Shown here piece by piece: positions 37,770 to 50,650 of a stretch of DNA of 59,857 bases. Each line of letters opens with the position of its first letter. The first letter of the stretch is position 1. Location of the stretch: the NCBI RefSeq assembly GCF_001194135.2, contig NC_068982.1, positions 116,467,875 through 116,527,731 on the forward strand, read 5' to 3'. The notes below the pieces were generated by a model. It was not told the origin of the DNA and did not search any database. It saw nothing but the letters and a program-made list of their open reading frames with translations. A program made the position numbers and the translations under genes. The DNA comes from Octopus bimaculoides. Lineage: Eukaryota.

Positions 37770-38680
37770 TTTGGCTCATCACGTGATGGTCAAATCCCTC
37801 TAGCTTTACGCGGGCTGTCCACCCCATCACGTGACAGACCAGTCAAGTGCGCTACCCTCAGCTGTACAAGGAAGCTTTTCCCTATTTCCTCAGTGAGGTG
37901 GGTTTTACACGATCGGTTTTGGATCTTCGGCAGAGAGCAAGTTTATTTCGCAGGCAACCTCCGGTTACCTCCGACGCGTACGTTGTTCCTGTTTTCCTAC
38001 GGAAGTTATGTCTCGTATATTTTTTTCCTTTTCTATCTCCCATGCATCATCATTATGTACCAACTGCATATTAAACTATTGTGTATATATTCTGAGTATT
38101 TCTTCAAGATGTATCTCCACAGCTTTGCTGTCTTAATGCTTTTTTAACGGGTTGAATAAATCGTTGCACTTAATCCTGGTTTCCTCGTTCTTCCTTTATC
38201 TATACACGCATCCTTTCTCAAACCAGAATTATTTATCGATTCCACCTCCACTCCGTTTAAATACCACACTTTCATTAATTAAGAAGCAAGTCAATGCTTT
38301 TATCATACACATCTATGTTGTCGAGTTTCTTAACAATGCAAACTGAAATCTCAGATTCAATAAACTGGAATATCTAAACAGGTGACTCAAAAACATCGTC
38401 TTAGGCTTGTTCCTCCATGTTCCCAACAACAAAAAATTCCTCCTTTAAGTCCTCCAAGTGATTCATTCATAGCTGCGCTGCAGCAGTTTAGAAGAGTAAA
38501 GATCTACAAAACAAGGAGAAAAACACCCACTCCCTAAAACTGGGCGATGTAGCGGTGATTTGAAACCGAATCCCTAGATACTCGATCAGTTATCACCAGC
38601 AAACCATTATAGTTTCACGTGATCTATCTATTTACCGACCAATCAGCGTGAAGCGATGGCGTGGTCAGGATTTTCTCGAA
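37770..38680. promoter_or_regulatory. CpG-enriched putative promoter with three TCACGTGA E-boxes and a CCAAT box
   Basis: TCACGTGA at 37779, 37827 and 38615; CCAAT at 38639; locally raised CpG content. Confidence 0.45.
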
Positions 38681-39559
38681 CATTCTAGAATGTGGCTTCC
38701 AGTTCGTTGTAAAAATCGTTCGTCGCGCATTCTTATAATCAGACGATCCAGGAAGACTGCTAAGACCGATGGCATAGACAGATGACCAGGAACCTTTGTC
38801 GTTATGAATATAGTACAATTGTTTCCTGATATGTTGGACCAATCGCGTGTTGTACCAACAGTATCTCAGTCTGTAATTATTGCTGTTGTTAAGTGTAAAA
38901 GTCCAACACAATTTGTCTGATGTTCGACAATAATAATCTTTTAGATGGAGTAGTGGATTAACCTCTCTTTTGAATTTTAAAGATGTGCGAGTAGATCATG
39001 GCACAGAAGTAAGAGAAAAATGAGTTAACATACATGTTTCAAACTGGTAGAAATACACATTATTAAATGATTTCTTACTCAATTTAACGTACTGTGTGAT
39101 TAGACAGATGAAAAAGAGCTCCTGTTTAGTGTTATAACTTCATTGGTGTCCGTGGGATGAGAGACTTAGGTGGTTAGCTGCTTGACTTACTTGGTGACAA
39201 GGAATAGCATAAGCGATTAAAAATTATACTCTTGAATTTCGTCTTATATATTCAAAATGGCTTCAAGGTTAAATGTCAAACAACTCAACTCAAATAAAAC
39301 ATGATAGCTGTGAAACACTAAAATTTCGTTTGTATGAAATCATGAATCAGTAAGTACAATTTTTTTATAAATACAATATTTACTTGTAGATAAAGAAAAT
39401 GTTCCATCTTAAAGTGCTTTTAAGTAGACAATCAAGGGAGACGATGAAATTTTATTGATAGAAATTTCTTATTAATAAAATTAAATCATTAATCCAATAT
39501 TCTTTTATCAGAAATTTGCATTTTGTACCTAAATTCAAAAAGATATCCATTGAGGCGTT

Positions 39560-39900
39560 GGTTTGATGTAACATATAGTATTTAGTTTCGTTATAGCATG
39601 ATGCCAGAGACTTTCAATTTCCTGAGAAATATAAAATGCAAACTATGATTGATCTTTTCAGAATAAACATTCTCATCCATATTTAAAACATAAGATTTTC
39701 CATTGGTCACTTATAATTCTATTCGAGCCGTCTATTGATAAGATTCTCTAATGTTGATCTATCTCTTCTTTCAACCGGCACCAGAATACAGGTTTTGGTG
39801 TTGCGTTCATTATCATCAAATATCTACTGTCGATCCACTAAAATCACTGTTTTATTTTCTGTTAAAAATTTGGTTTCATTTATTTCAACAATTATAGGAT
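39560..39900 (-). mobile_element. Merlin (IS1016/IS1595-like DDE) transposase relic
   Basis: IVEINETKF..LVDRQ*IFDDNERNTKTCILVPVERRDRSTL..IISDQWK..INHS..QEIESLW matches Merlin VEIDESKF..GQWVFGG.ER..LVPVE.RD..IISD.W..VNHS..IE..W. Confidence 0.8.
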
Positions 39901-41290
39901 CACAATTTTCTTTATCCCTTAGCATTTTAGAATCTATAATATATCTATAATATAGATGTATTTTCATTTATTTCCGTTTTCATGTAAAACATCATACTGA
40001 AGAGTCGTTTCAGTTCACTCATGAAGTCTTTTCTACGTACTCACAACAGGTAATTTTAAATCGTCAAAAAATGAATATTCCATCATTGAACGTTGGACTA
40101 TATATCAACTACGGTGCAGCCAGCTGTATTTACCGAGTTATTTCTTTTGTAATGAAAGTTCCAATTAATCACCACGCTTTAAGCATTTTCTTTAATTTTC
40201 TTTTTCTAGAAGTTCTAGGGAAAATTGTATGAAATGAAGTATATAATTATATTAAATCAAGGATATTATTCTGAAATAATTTTTCTTTGAAATCAGATTC
40301 ACTTCATGTTAGTAATAACCTCACACGGTCAAAATATTCTGTTATTAACTTCCATTTTCTCTTTCTGCTCAAAAGTTAATTTCTAATTCTTGTAAAAATT
40401 TTATAAGCGAAATATCTTTGATAACATTATTTTATTTATGAGAAACTAAAATAAGAATATGCCGGGAAATAATTTAAACGAGGAAGATGCGTCGTAAAGA
40501 AATAAAAAAAATAAAAAAAAGAAGGAAAACAATAATTTATTTAATACTTCTCTAGCAATTACCTAAGTTTCATCTTCTATAGGCAGTTATTAGTTTCCTG
40601 TCACCTTTTTCGCATTCCATTATTTTATTTGTATATCTTAGATGAGATATGCCTTCCACTGTTTTCTGTAATTACCTCTTTCGCAAAAAGCCTATCAATT
40701 CGCTTTTAACTTATTGGTGAACTTCATCTTTATTTTATTATTTTTTTTTGTACAATTTAGTAGTGAAAATATTCGATCCATGCAAGCAGATAAGTGAGAT
40801 AAAATAACCAACTTGTGATAAATTATGACGAGTTTTCGTATACCAAATCTATCTTTTATACTACGCATACTATGTTTGCTGAAGAATACAATATTTTGTA
40901 GATGGTATACTTTTTGAGACAGAATGATCTTTATTCACTTTTCTGGTACTATGTTTTCTGGTACTATGGCTTGTGGTGCAATCAAATTCATGGCTTGTGG
41001 TGCAATCAACAGCAGAGTTTAGGTGGGATCATGTGCTGCTTTTAGGTAAAGTATTTTGAAGTTATCCAATGGTCCATTGTTACCAAGATGCATATATCGG
41101 TGCCGTTAGCGACTGAAGTTTCTCCTAAATTATTTATCGTTCATTTATGTTATGATTTTCCTACATTACTTGGTTTAATTTCAGATAATTTATTTGATAC
41201 CAAAACAGCTTTGATATTCGCATGAAAGCATTGAACGCTAAGCATTCAATCGATAATGTTTCGATTGTTATTCGACATTCCTGGAATTTA

Positions 41291-42573
41291 TTAGGTTGTT
41301 CCGAAAATAATGGCCGATTTCAGAAACAATTTTATTCTGGAAAAATTAACTATAGAAATGTTTTGGTTAGTCAAAGTATGAGCCGTGAACATCTCTGCTT
41401 CTCTGCCATCGATCAACGAGCGTATTTATGCCTCGTTGATAAAAACTTATTGGCTTTGATGCTAAGAAATCTTTGAAAGCTGATTCCACCTCTGGTTTAG
41501 ACCTGAAAGTTTTATCATTTAAAAACGTGTTTAAATGCTTTAAAAAAATGGTTGTCAGTGGGTGAAAGATCAGGAGAATATGGAGGATGTGGTAAAGTCT
41601 CGTATCCCAAGTCTGTGAGTTTTTGCAGCGTCATTCTTGTAGAATGTGGCTTTGCATTATCGTGGAGCAGAATTGGCCATGTCGTTTCACCCATGCAGGT
41701 CTCATTTTTTGCAAGTGTGTATGCATTTCAGCAAGTTGATTGCAGTAAACTTCTGCTGTAATGCTCTGATTGGCTTCCAGAAAGCTGTAATGAACCACAC
41801 CAATTGTAGACCACCAGACAATCACCATAATCTTTTGCTGATGCAACTTTGGGTTTGGGAAATGTTTGGGAGACTCATCATGATCAAACCATTGACCTGA
41901 TTGTTTACGGCTAACATAAAAGATCCACTTTTCGTCACAAATGACTATTCGGTCAAGAAAAGGATCATTGGTGTTTCGCATAAAGAACATCGAGCGCACT
42001 TAAAAACGCCGAACTTTTTGATTTTCATTGAGCTCATGCGGTACCCATTTATCGGGCTTTTTCACCTTACCAATCTTCTGCAGGTTGCGTGAGATCGTTG
42101 CAATACCGACACCAAGTACTTCAAACGTTTTTCTGACACTTTGACGTGGGTTTTGTTCAACAATTGCTTTCAATTGTTCATTGTCAAGACTGCATAACCG
42201 TCCTCTACTATCTTCATCTTCAAGGCTCTTACCACCACTACGGAATTTCTGAAACCATCTTCGTACTGTGCGATCACTTGTGGATCCCTCTCCCCATGCT
42301 CTGTTGATATTGGCAGCAGTTTGGGAGGCATTGTACCCAAGCTTGAACTCACGCAAGAAAAGTAAGCGAAGGTCCTTTTTTGTCATGTTCATAATTAAGG
42401 GTGCCTATGTTACAAGAATGTTTTCTGTCTGAAATAAGTAGAAAATTATTAAAGAGCATACATCAATTATTAAGTATGCTGAAATTCACCTAAAATATAA
42501 TTAAAATACAATGATAAAATTGCGTTTCAAAACACAACACTTAGAGCAGCCATTATTTTCGGAGCAACCTTAA
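41291..42573 (-). mobile_element. Full-length decayed mariner (D34D, Hsmar1/cecropia-like) with TA target duplication
   Basis: TIRs TTAGGTTGTTCCGAAAATAATGGC and GCCATTATTTTCGGAGCAACCTTAA are flanked by TA. The transposase starts at 42392 with WVPHEL, ICDEKW, HDNAKPH and PPYSPDLSPTD; it is frameshifted. Confidence 0.95.
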
Positions 42574-43429
42574 TACTTTCTTTAGAAACAGTAATATGTT
42601 TTACTGTTTTGCTAAACATTGTTTCTCCCTCCGTCAACTTTTTCCATTTTCAATTCGGCTTGAAGCTAAAGTTTCAGAGTTCAACAACAAGTTATTTAGA
42701 GGGCACTCATCTGCTCTAACTATTACAACTGATGCTGTGCCATCACACGACAAAAGCTTCAGTAATGATACAATCAAGGATATTTCAGTGGCTAACAAAC
42801 GCAATAGAACGTGTAACAATAGGGATTGACAAATGTCCTTTAAGTAACCAGTGATTCCAAACAAATTTGATACATAAATGTTCCGTCCAAACACCTGATT
42901 AAGTACAGTGCTATATCGGTGCTACAACGTCAAAATTCAGATTCAGATGCAATAATTACATACATTCTTGTAACAACGCAAATTACATAAAACACCATTT
43001 GTAAAATTTATTGGAATCTTAAGAATAGAAATATTAAATACTCCATTTCGTGGTTGATTGTAGGTACAGAAGTTCTTTATAAAGAGAGTGGAGTAATTGT
43101 AATTTATGTTGTATGGTGGCACTAGAAATTCTGAGCTGGAAGTTTGGACTTATTAATTAACGCATCAAGCTGTTGATTTGTTGTTCATACCAATTTAACA
43201 AAACTCTTTTAAATATTCCATTTAGTTAATTAATATTATATAGAATTAGATAAACATTGCTTTTGATTGCATTTCAATTCCCGTAGTTATTACAACTATT
43301 TACTAATTTCACTCCATTCTTGTAGTTATGAAACTCCTTTTAATCTTACTATTTCATATGACAATGATCATCTGAAAATTATCATGTTCTTAATTAAGTT
43401 AATGATATACATTTACCCTGACGATCACA

Positions 43430-43560
43430 TAATATAATGCAATGCAATATAATATAATATGATATGATATGATATAATATAATATAATATAATATGATAT
43501 AATATATGATATAATATAATATAATATAATATAAAAGAATATAATAACAATATAATATAA
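43430..43560. repeat. (ATATA)n-type pentanucleotide repeat
   Basis: Directly visible tandem repeat. Confidence 0.9.
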
Positions 43561-44206
43561 CTATATTTATATGTGTGTATTTATAAGTATTTATATGTGT
43601 GTATGTGCATACATTTTTATACATATACATACACACTCACGCACACTGACATAATATACTTAAGAATGCATATATGTAAGTGTATGCATGTGTGTATCGA
43701 GGGTACGAGTGTGTCGGGGGTGCATGCATACGCACGTACATACATACATGACCCGGACATTTTCACCATAGCTGTAGGCATATTGCATAACGGGAAGGCA
43801 CCAGAAAGGGACCAGTAGTTGGATACTGGTACAAGAGACTAGCATTTTACAGAAAATGGATCTTTGTAGTTTTCGTCGAAAATAAAATTAATTTTTCCTA
43901 TAAAGCCACAATTAAAAAGTTATTAGCGTTTAAAATTTGCAAAATTCGGGTATTTTAGCCAATCAGAAGCGAGTATTTTACACAACTTCGTGGCGAAAAG
44001 CTCTGTTTCCGTAGTAATGAAATGTGCTTCGCATACGCACAAGTAGGAGAAGGAACACGAGAAAGATAATCTTCTTACTATAATAATACTCTTGTTTTTT
44101 TCTCCGTCACAACATATGAATGACAAAGGAAGGGGTGATCGATGAATAAGGAAGTTATGGGTGATGGCAAATTAGTAGTGGGAGCGTTTCGACTCTGTGT
44201 GAGTAG

Positions 44207-44254
<48 letters not shown>

Positions 44255-44732
44255 AAACATGTAAAAGGGAGGTATGCGAATGTGTGTGTGTGCAATGGAA
44301 GTCGGATGGTGAATATTCAACGCTGAAAATATAAAAAAAATCAGCGTTTGAACTCTGAATATATGTATGTGTGTGCGTGTTCAAGTAGCAATGTTTTGAC
44401 ATGCCGATGCCCCGCGCCCCACTCCGATCAGGGAAGAGGCACTTGATCAATGAATTAATTAATGAAACAGGTAGCCTTCAGCTATTTCTGCCAAACTGTA
44501 TAGTTAGCATGATAAATTTTCAAATGATAACGAAGCGGCTAACATCTAGCCTTCGGCTGCCTTGGACCCTTGTGTCCACCACCCTGATTGGTTCTTATTT
44601 GCGCGGCAATTGTCCCCAGTTCTGCTTCGCGCCAGGGTGCATTCCGTCCAATCGTGGCCTTCTAATAAGTTCATGTGAGAGTGATTTCTGCCTGTTTTTT
44701 GGACCGCATCTCTTACGTCAGGGTCACCAGTT

Positions 44733-44816
44733 TGTAAAAGAACGACCGTGCGAATCAAAGGAGCCTTTTCCGTCTCGTCGCCATTCTCTTTTGGTTCGCA
44801 CGGTCGTTCTTTTACA
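44733..44816. other. 31-bp perfect-stem hairpin (candidate pre-miRNA or palindromic MITE)
   Basis: The arms 44733-44763 and 44786-44816 are complementary, with two G-U pairs on the + strand and a 22-nt loop. Confidence 0.85.
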
Positions 44817-47131
44817 TATATATATATTCTGGTGGGTGTTGAGTTTGTGTTATAAACATCGAGAATTCTCCATCTAGATAATAGAGTAGATGACGTTTGT
44901 AAATAACTGACATATCAAATTACTTTTTGATTTTGTATAAGCTTGCCAAATTCGCAGCCCCTGACTGACTGAGATGTCATCAAGATGACACAAGTCAGAA
45001 TTTATTGTCTATTTTTAAAGCGCGTATGTTTATTTATTTATTTATTTATTTACTAAGATTTAATTTCGGATTTTTGACTTTAGGTGTTTACTGTTGTTTT
45101 TAGGTATAGTCTCTGTAAAAATTAACACTTCCTTCTCCAAGCCTAGATTCGAAACCGAATCTAAGAATTCTCGGTCGTCCAAACCACCACGATCAACAGG
45201 CGCGAAAACAGGTTTTCTTTGTCCTATCAAAAAGTGATTGATGATCTCCATTTGACCTTCGACCTAAGCCATGTCAAGCGGAGTTCAAATGGACAGGAGC
45301 TGACCTATTTAGGTACAAACTCTGCTGAAGTATGTCTGTCCTTCTAGCTGCCACGATTCTTATAAATTCAGTGGTCAACAAGACAGAAAAAGAGAAAGCC
45401 CTAGGCAGCCAAACGAGGAACGTCTACGCCACGGCAGCTTTTCTCAGAGACCAGAGCAATGTTCGAAGTTCCACGGTAGAATACTGTCTCAGATTAACTA
45501 CGTACACACATACACAAACATATATTAATTTGTGACATATCATTTCCAGAGATGTACCCTGTTTCTATTTCTAGCAACTCGTAGCAGTTGTCAACGTTTT
45601 GCATGTAGTGAAGAATTATGTGTACCAACGACAAATTAAGTCCAGTGAATAAATTATTTTTAATTATGAATCCATTCACTCATTTGTTTACTTCAAAGGC
45701 ATACACATTCCCTTTGCATCTGTTTACCATGATACACATCTAACCACTACAGTTCCACTTTTTTGTTTTGTTTTTCACTTCTAAATTGTAATCGAGTTTA
45801 TTAACATCTTTTTCCACGAGAGATCTGATTGAGATGGTTGAACACTTTCATCTGCAATTCCATCTTGAAATTTTATAAAAATATAAATCTGTTTTTACTC
45901 AAACGAGACCTTATTATTCCACCGCACCCCTTTTCTACTTACAGTCAAGAGCGCCAATTCTTTTTCTGATCACTTTTCCCCTGACATTTTTTCCCTACAA
46001 AACCACGCCATTGTATGCATATGCATTGTTCGGTTTCATATCAAACAGACAGTTAATGTCAAGAAAGAAGATTGCGAGAGAAACATCTGAGTTTCGAACA
46101 TAAAAGCATTCGATAGGTTGTAGGACTGCGAGAGATCTATTAACATTCACTATGATAAAGTGACCGATTAATGAGATTGCCTCATCGGAAAGTTAGTTTT
46201 GCTAAGATTCTCTTAACTGGCATAAGTACCCTATTGTTTGTTAAGAACAATAATCATGCTTGAAGATAAAATAGATGACTGGTATATGGCGTGGGATAGT
46301 AGTGGAACAGGTTTTGCTGAAACTGTACTCTTTATAACAGAGGAAGGGATTGTAAGTTGCATAGAATTGTATAAAAGGTGGTCATTAATAATCGTTTCAC
46401 CATATTAGCTATGATTGATGGGGAAATGAGTTAGTGTGAAGTTGAGAACCATTCGTTTGCATAAAGAATGACGATTACATAATTTCATTTAACGCCGCCT
46501 GTTAAACCTGAGACATGGTATCTATGTTAAGAATCAATGTTATCTCAAAATGTTCACTGTGACATGATTATCTTCATCATGCATGACTTGACATTGTAGC
46601 AAATGTTTTGTAATACACCAACTTCACAAGCTGTGCCTCTTTTCTTCTTCCATATCGCGTAGAAAATTGAAGTTTCCTAAACCCATTCTGTCGTCTTAAT
46701 GGATCCGCGTGTCTTGCTGTGCTTCTATAATCTAATCACTTAACAAAATCCCCTCCGTAATTGCAATGTCCTGTCATACAAAATTTCTAAAGATTTCTTT
46801 GGAATTAAACTCGCGTGCAAAAGCTGTATTCCTCAGAGTATTAATATTCCGTGTCTATTATCCAAAAACAGAGCTTTATTTCAGGATTCTATAAATATAT
46901 AGGTTTCATGTATAGTGGTAATAAAAATATTTAGGGTTTCTTATGTATCTTTCAAGAATTTCCTCTGAAATGATAATCGGTAATGGTAATAATATGACAG
47001 CACAGAATTGCGATAGTGGGGAAGTGGGGGGGTGGGGGTGAAAGAACAATATTAAGAGTTTAAGAGTATTTAGCTTAATTTCTCTGCTAGCAGAGAACTT
47101 TTGTTGAACACCCGTTATGTACTGATAAGCA

Positions 47132-47520
47132 TGTGGAGGCGCAATGACCCAGTGGTTAGGGCAGCGGACTCGCGCTCATAGGATCGCGGTTTCGATTCCC
47201 AGACCGGGCGTTGTGAGTGTTTATTGAGCGAAAACACCTAAAGCTCCACGAGGCTCCGGCAGCGGATGGTGGCGAACCCTGCTGTTCTCTTTCACCGCAA
47301 CTTTCTCTCACTCTTTCTTCCTGTTTCTGTTGTGCCTGTAATTCAAAGGGTCAGCGTTGCCACACTGTGTCACGCTGAATATCCCCGAGAACTACGTTAA
47401 GGGTACACGTGTCTGTGGAGTGCTCAGCCACTTGCACGTTAATTTCACGAGCTGGCTGTTCCGTTGATCGGATCAACTGGAACCCTCGACGTCGTAAGCG
47501 ACGGAGTGCCAAGAATAACA
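47132..47520 (+). mobile_element. Full-length tRNA-derived SINE with 14-bp target-site duplication
   Basis: A/B-box head (CCAGTGGTTAGG..GGTTTCGATTCCC) and an ACA-type tail; flanks ACTGATAAGCATGT and ACTGAGAAGCATGT. Confidence 0.9.
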
Positions 47521-48171
47521 ACTGAGAAGCATGTAATAAGTACCCGTAATATAATCATCACATAATGTATATATAAGCGGGGAAATGTAGGTTCGTATCG
47601 TAGTGGATTCTCATATTTTTGTTATTCCACTCGTATGAGTAATATTTGTATTAGGCCATATAACTTAGTTGAAAAAACCCCCCAAAAAAACCAATAAAAG
47701 CTTGTAAATACATGTATTGAAGGTTCAATCCTAGGTTAAGAACAATATATTGAATTTTAGCTTTATATGTATATATGTTTTAGTTTATGTGTTTATGTTT
47801 TCGTTTCAATATTTTCCTGGAGATAATATCATAGATGACAGTTAATACACCAGTATATTGTGGCAGCTGAATAGATTGAATACATAAATACACGCACACA
47901 CGCACGCACATATATGCACGCACGCGCACACATGCGCGCCCGCATGCATACACACATACATGCACATGAACATGCACTTATATGCACAGTCTCATAAGAC
48001 TTACCTATAGAGACATGTATGCACACATCATCCCCCTTGGGATAATATAGAAGTTGACAGGTAATATCTTAATATATTGCTGGACATGAACGGGTCAAAC
48101 ACACACACACAGACACACACACACACACACATAGATGCACGCACACAAACGCGCACTCACACCTGTGTATA

Positions 48172-48214
<43 letters not shown>

Positions 48215-48410
48215 NNNNNNNNNNNNNNNNNNNNNNNNNNNNNNNNNNNNNNNNNNNNNNNNNNNNNNNNNNNNNNNNNNNNNNNNNNNNNNNNNNNNNN
48301 NNNNNNNNNNNNNNNNNNNNNNNNNNNNNNNNNNNNNNNNNNNNNNNNNNNNNNNNNNNNNNNNNNNNNNNNNNNNNNNNNNNNNNNNNNNNNNNNNNNN
48401 NNNNNNNNNN

Positions 48411-48515
<105 letters not shown>

Positions 48516-48716
48516 AATACATATATATGTATACGCGGACATATGTACTGCCAGTCCCGTATAAAGGCACACTTACGTAGGCATATACATATACATACAC
48601 ACATATACATAGATGTCTCTAAGAATTAATCTTCCTGAAAATAATGCTAAAGTTGACAGCAAAATTCCTGGTATATTGCTGTCCATGATTGGGGAAGACA
48701 CACACACACTACCGCA

Positions 48717-48758
<42 letters not shown>

Positions 48759-49221
48759 TACATATGTACGTACGTACGTACAAACATACATAAGTGCATA
48801 ATTGACTGTATGTATCTAAGTATATTTAACCCATTCATACAAACATTAATGCACACGGCTATATTTGTCTGTAATTTCATATCTATATATTTATACTGTA
48901 TACACAAGTATTTATGTATGCATGCATAAATACATGTGTGTGTTTATGTGTGTGTGTATGTGTATGAGTGCATGTATCTGTATGTGTGTATGTGTGTGTG
49001 TGTGTGTATGTGTGTGTGTGTGTGTTTACACGGTCACAACCAGAGTACACACGACTTATAGCAGAATGTATTTTATGAAATGATAAAGTTTGCTAGTGAA
49101 AATACATCGCAACGCAGAGTTTGATAGCCAACATTACAGACATATACATAAACATCTCGGCATATGTTTTCATGCTTTATATGAAAAATGAGTGAACTAC
49201 ATAAATACTCACATACATACA

Positions 49222-49609
49222 TTGTTGTTGTTGGCACTCCGTCGCTTACGACGTCGAGGGTTCCAGTTGATCCGATCAACGGAACAGCCTGCTCGTGAAA
49301 TTAACGTGCAAGTGGCTGAGCACTCCACAGACACGTGTACTCTTAACGTGTTCTCGGGGATATTCAGCGTGACACAGTGTGACTAGGCCGAGCCTTTGAA
49401 TTACAGGCCCAACAGAAACAGGAAGTAAGAGTGAGAGAAAGTTGTGGTGAAAGAGTACAGCAGGGTTCGCCACCATCCCCTGCCGGAGCCTCGTGGAGCT
49501 TTAGGTGTTTTGTTCAATAAACACTCACAACGCCCGGTCTGGGAATCGAAACCGTGATCCTATGACCACGAGTCCGCTACCCTAACCACTGGGCCATTGC
49601 GCCTCCACA
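49222..49609 (-). mobile_element. Full-length tRNA-derived SINE, inverted copy of 47132-47520
   Basis: Reverse complement is about 90% identical by eye; (TTG)n tail at 49222. Confidence 0.9.
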
Positions 49610-49687
49610 TATACATACATACATACATACATACAGACAGACAGACAGACATACAGACAGACAGACAAACTATAGTTCTCACGCAAG

Positions 49688-50650
49688 GAAGGTGGCTGTG
49701 GTCTCAACTCTGTATTGATGTCATATGAAGCATGGATTGTAACTCTGAAACAACATCTGCAGCAGAGGAATGAGAGCAGTAGCTATCTTGTCCAAGTTTG
49801 TGACCACGAAATCAACAACATAATTAGGATAGCTAATGAACTTGATGAGCGGCATGAAATAAGAACTGATACAGATTTCTTCCCAAGGAGTATATCTAAA
49901 ATCTATTTATCAGAAAAAAAAAATGCATGAGTTCACTGAGAAGATAGTGCACGAGTACTTGACACGTAAAACACAAACTATAGAAAGGACTAATGATGTC
50001 AACAGCTTGGCATGGAGCACCGACAAGTTTATGACATGGCACACTGAAGGCTGTATCCATGCATTCCATGAACAAGAGATCATCACCATGTCCCTGCAAC
50101 ATAAAAAGGTAGAAAACGTTGATGGATAATAGATGTAGGCTGTACAAGACCAAAAACTGAAGCCATCAACCACATTATTGCTAACTGCGAGAGAATGTCT
50201 TCCAGTTATTATCTTCCAATGATGCATGATACGGTGGCCAGAATGATATGGAATAGGATAACAAAAAAAAAATACCTACGAACGAACTGACTATATTGAG
50301 ATCGATGGGTCAAAAGAATACCTGCCAGATATCGTTGTGTGGGACCACAAATAAAAAATATGTTCTGTTGTGAAAATCAGTTGCCCCTGGGACATGAATG
50401 TGGTTAGAAAAATATGATAAAGGGGACATCTGTGAAACATTGATAAGGAGTTTGCATATCCAGAACCCAAGATACACTTTCAGCTTTATGCCAATTATTA
50501 TTGAAGTAACAGAATATATACCAACCCATCTGGAACAAAGTATGACTGAACTTGGGGATCTCCGGGAGAAAATGCAAATCCTTAATTTACACGCTACAAA
50601 TGACCGCGATATCTAGGACTACAAAAATCTGCAAGACCTTCGTAAGATTT
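49688..50650 (+). mobile_element. REL-endonuclease non-LTR retrotransposon C-terminus (R4/Dong- or NeSL-like), decayed
   Basis: GGCGL, CRLY..EAINHIIANC..MMHDTVAR (CCHC-like knuckle and RHD motif) and PDIVVWD..ISCPWD (PD..D endonuclease). Confidence 0.75.

Noticed and set aside
40760-41280. Possible piggyBac transposase relic on the minus strand (NIVFFSKH.M..DRF)
   Set aside because: Only faint motif similarity.
42634-42894. 86-aa minus-strand ORF after a good acceptor
   Set aside because: No recognisable homology and no partner exons identified.
45060-45251. 63-aa minus-strand ORF MEIINHFLIG...
   Set aside because: No recognisable homology or convincing splice continuation.
47135-47210. 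tRNA gene (also 49530-49605)
   Set aside because: It is the tRNA-like head of a SINE and continues into the SINE body and tail.
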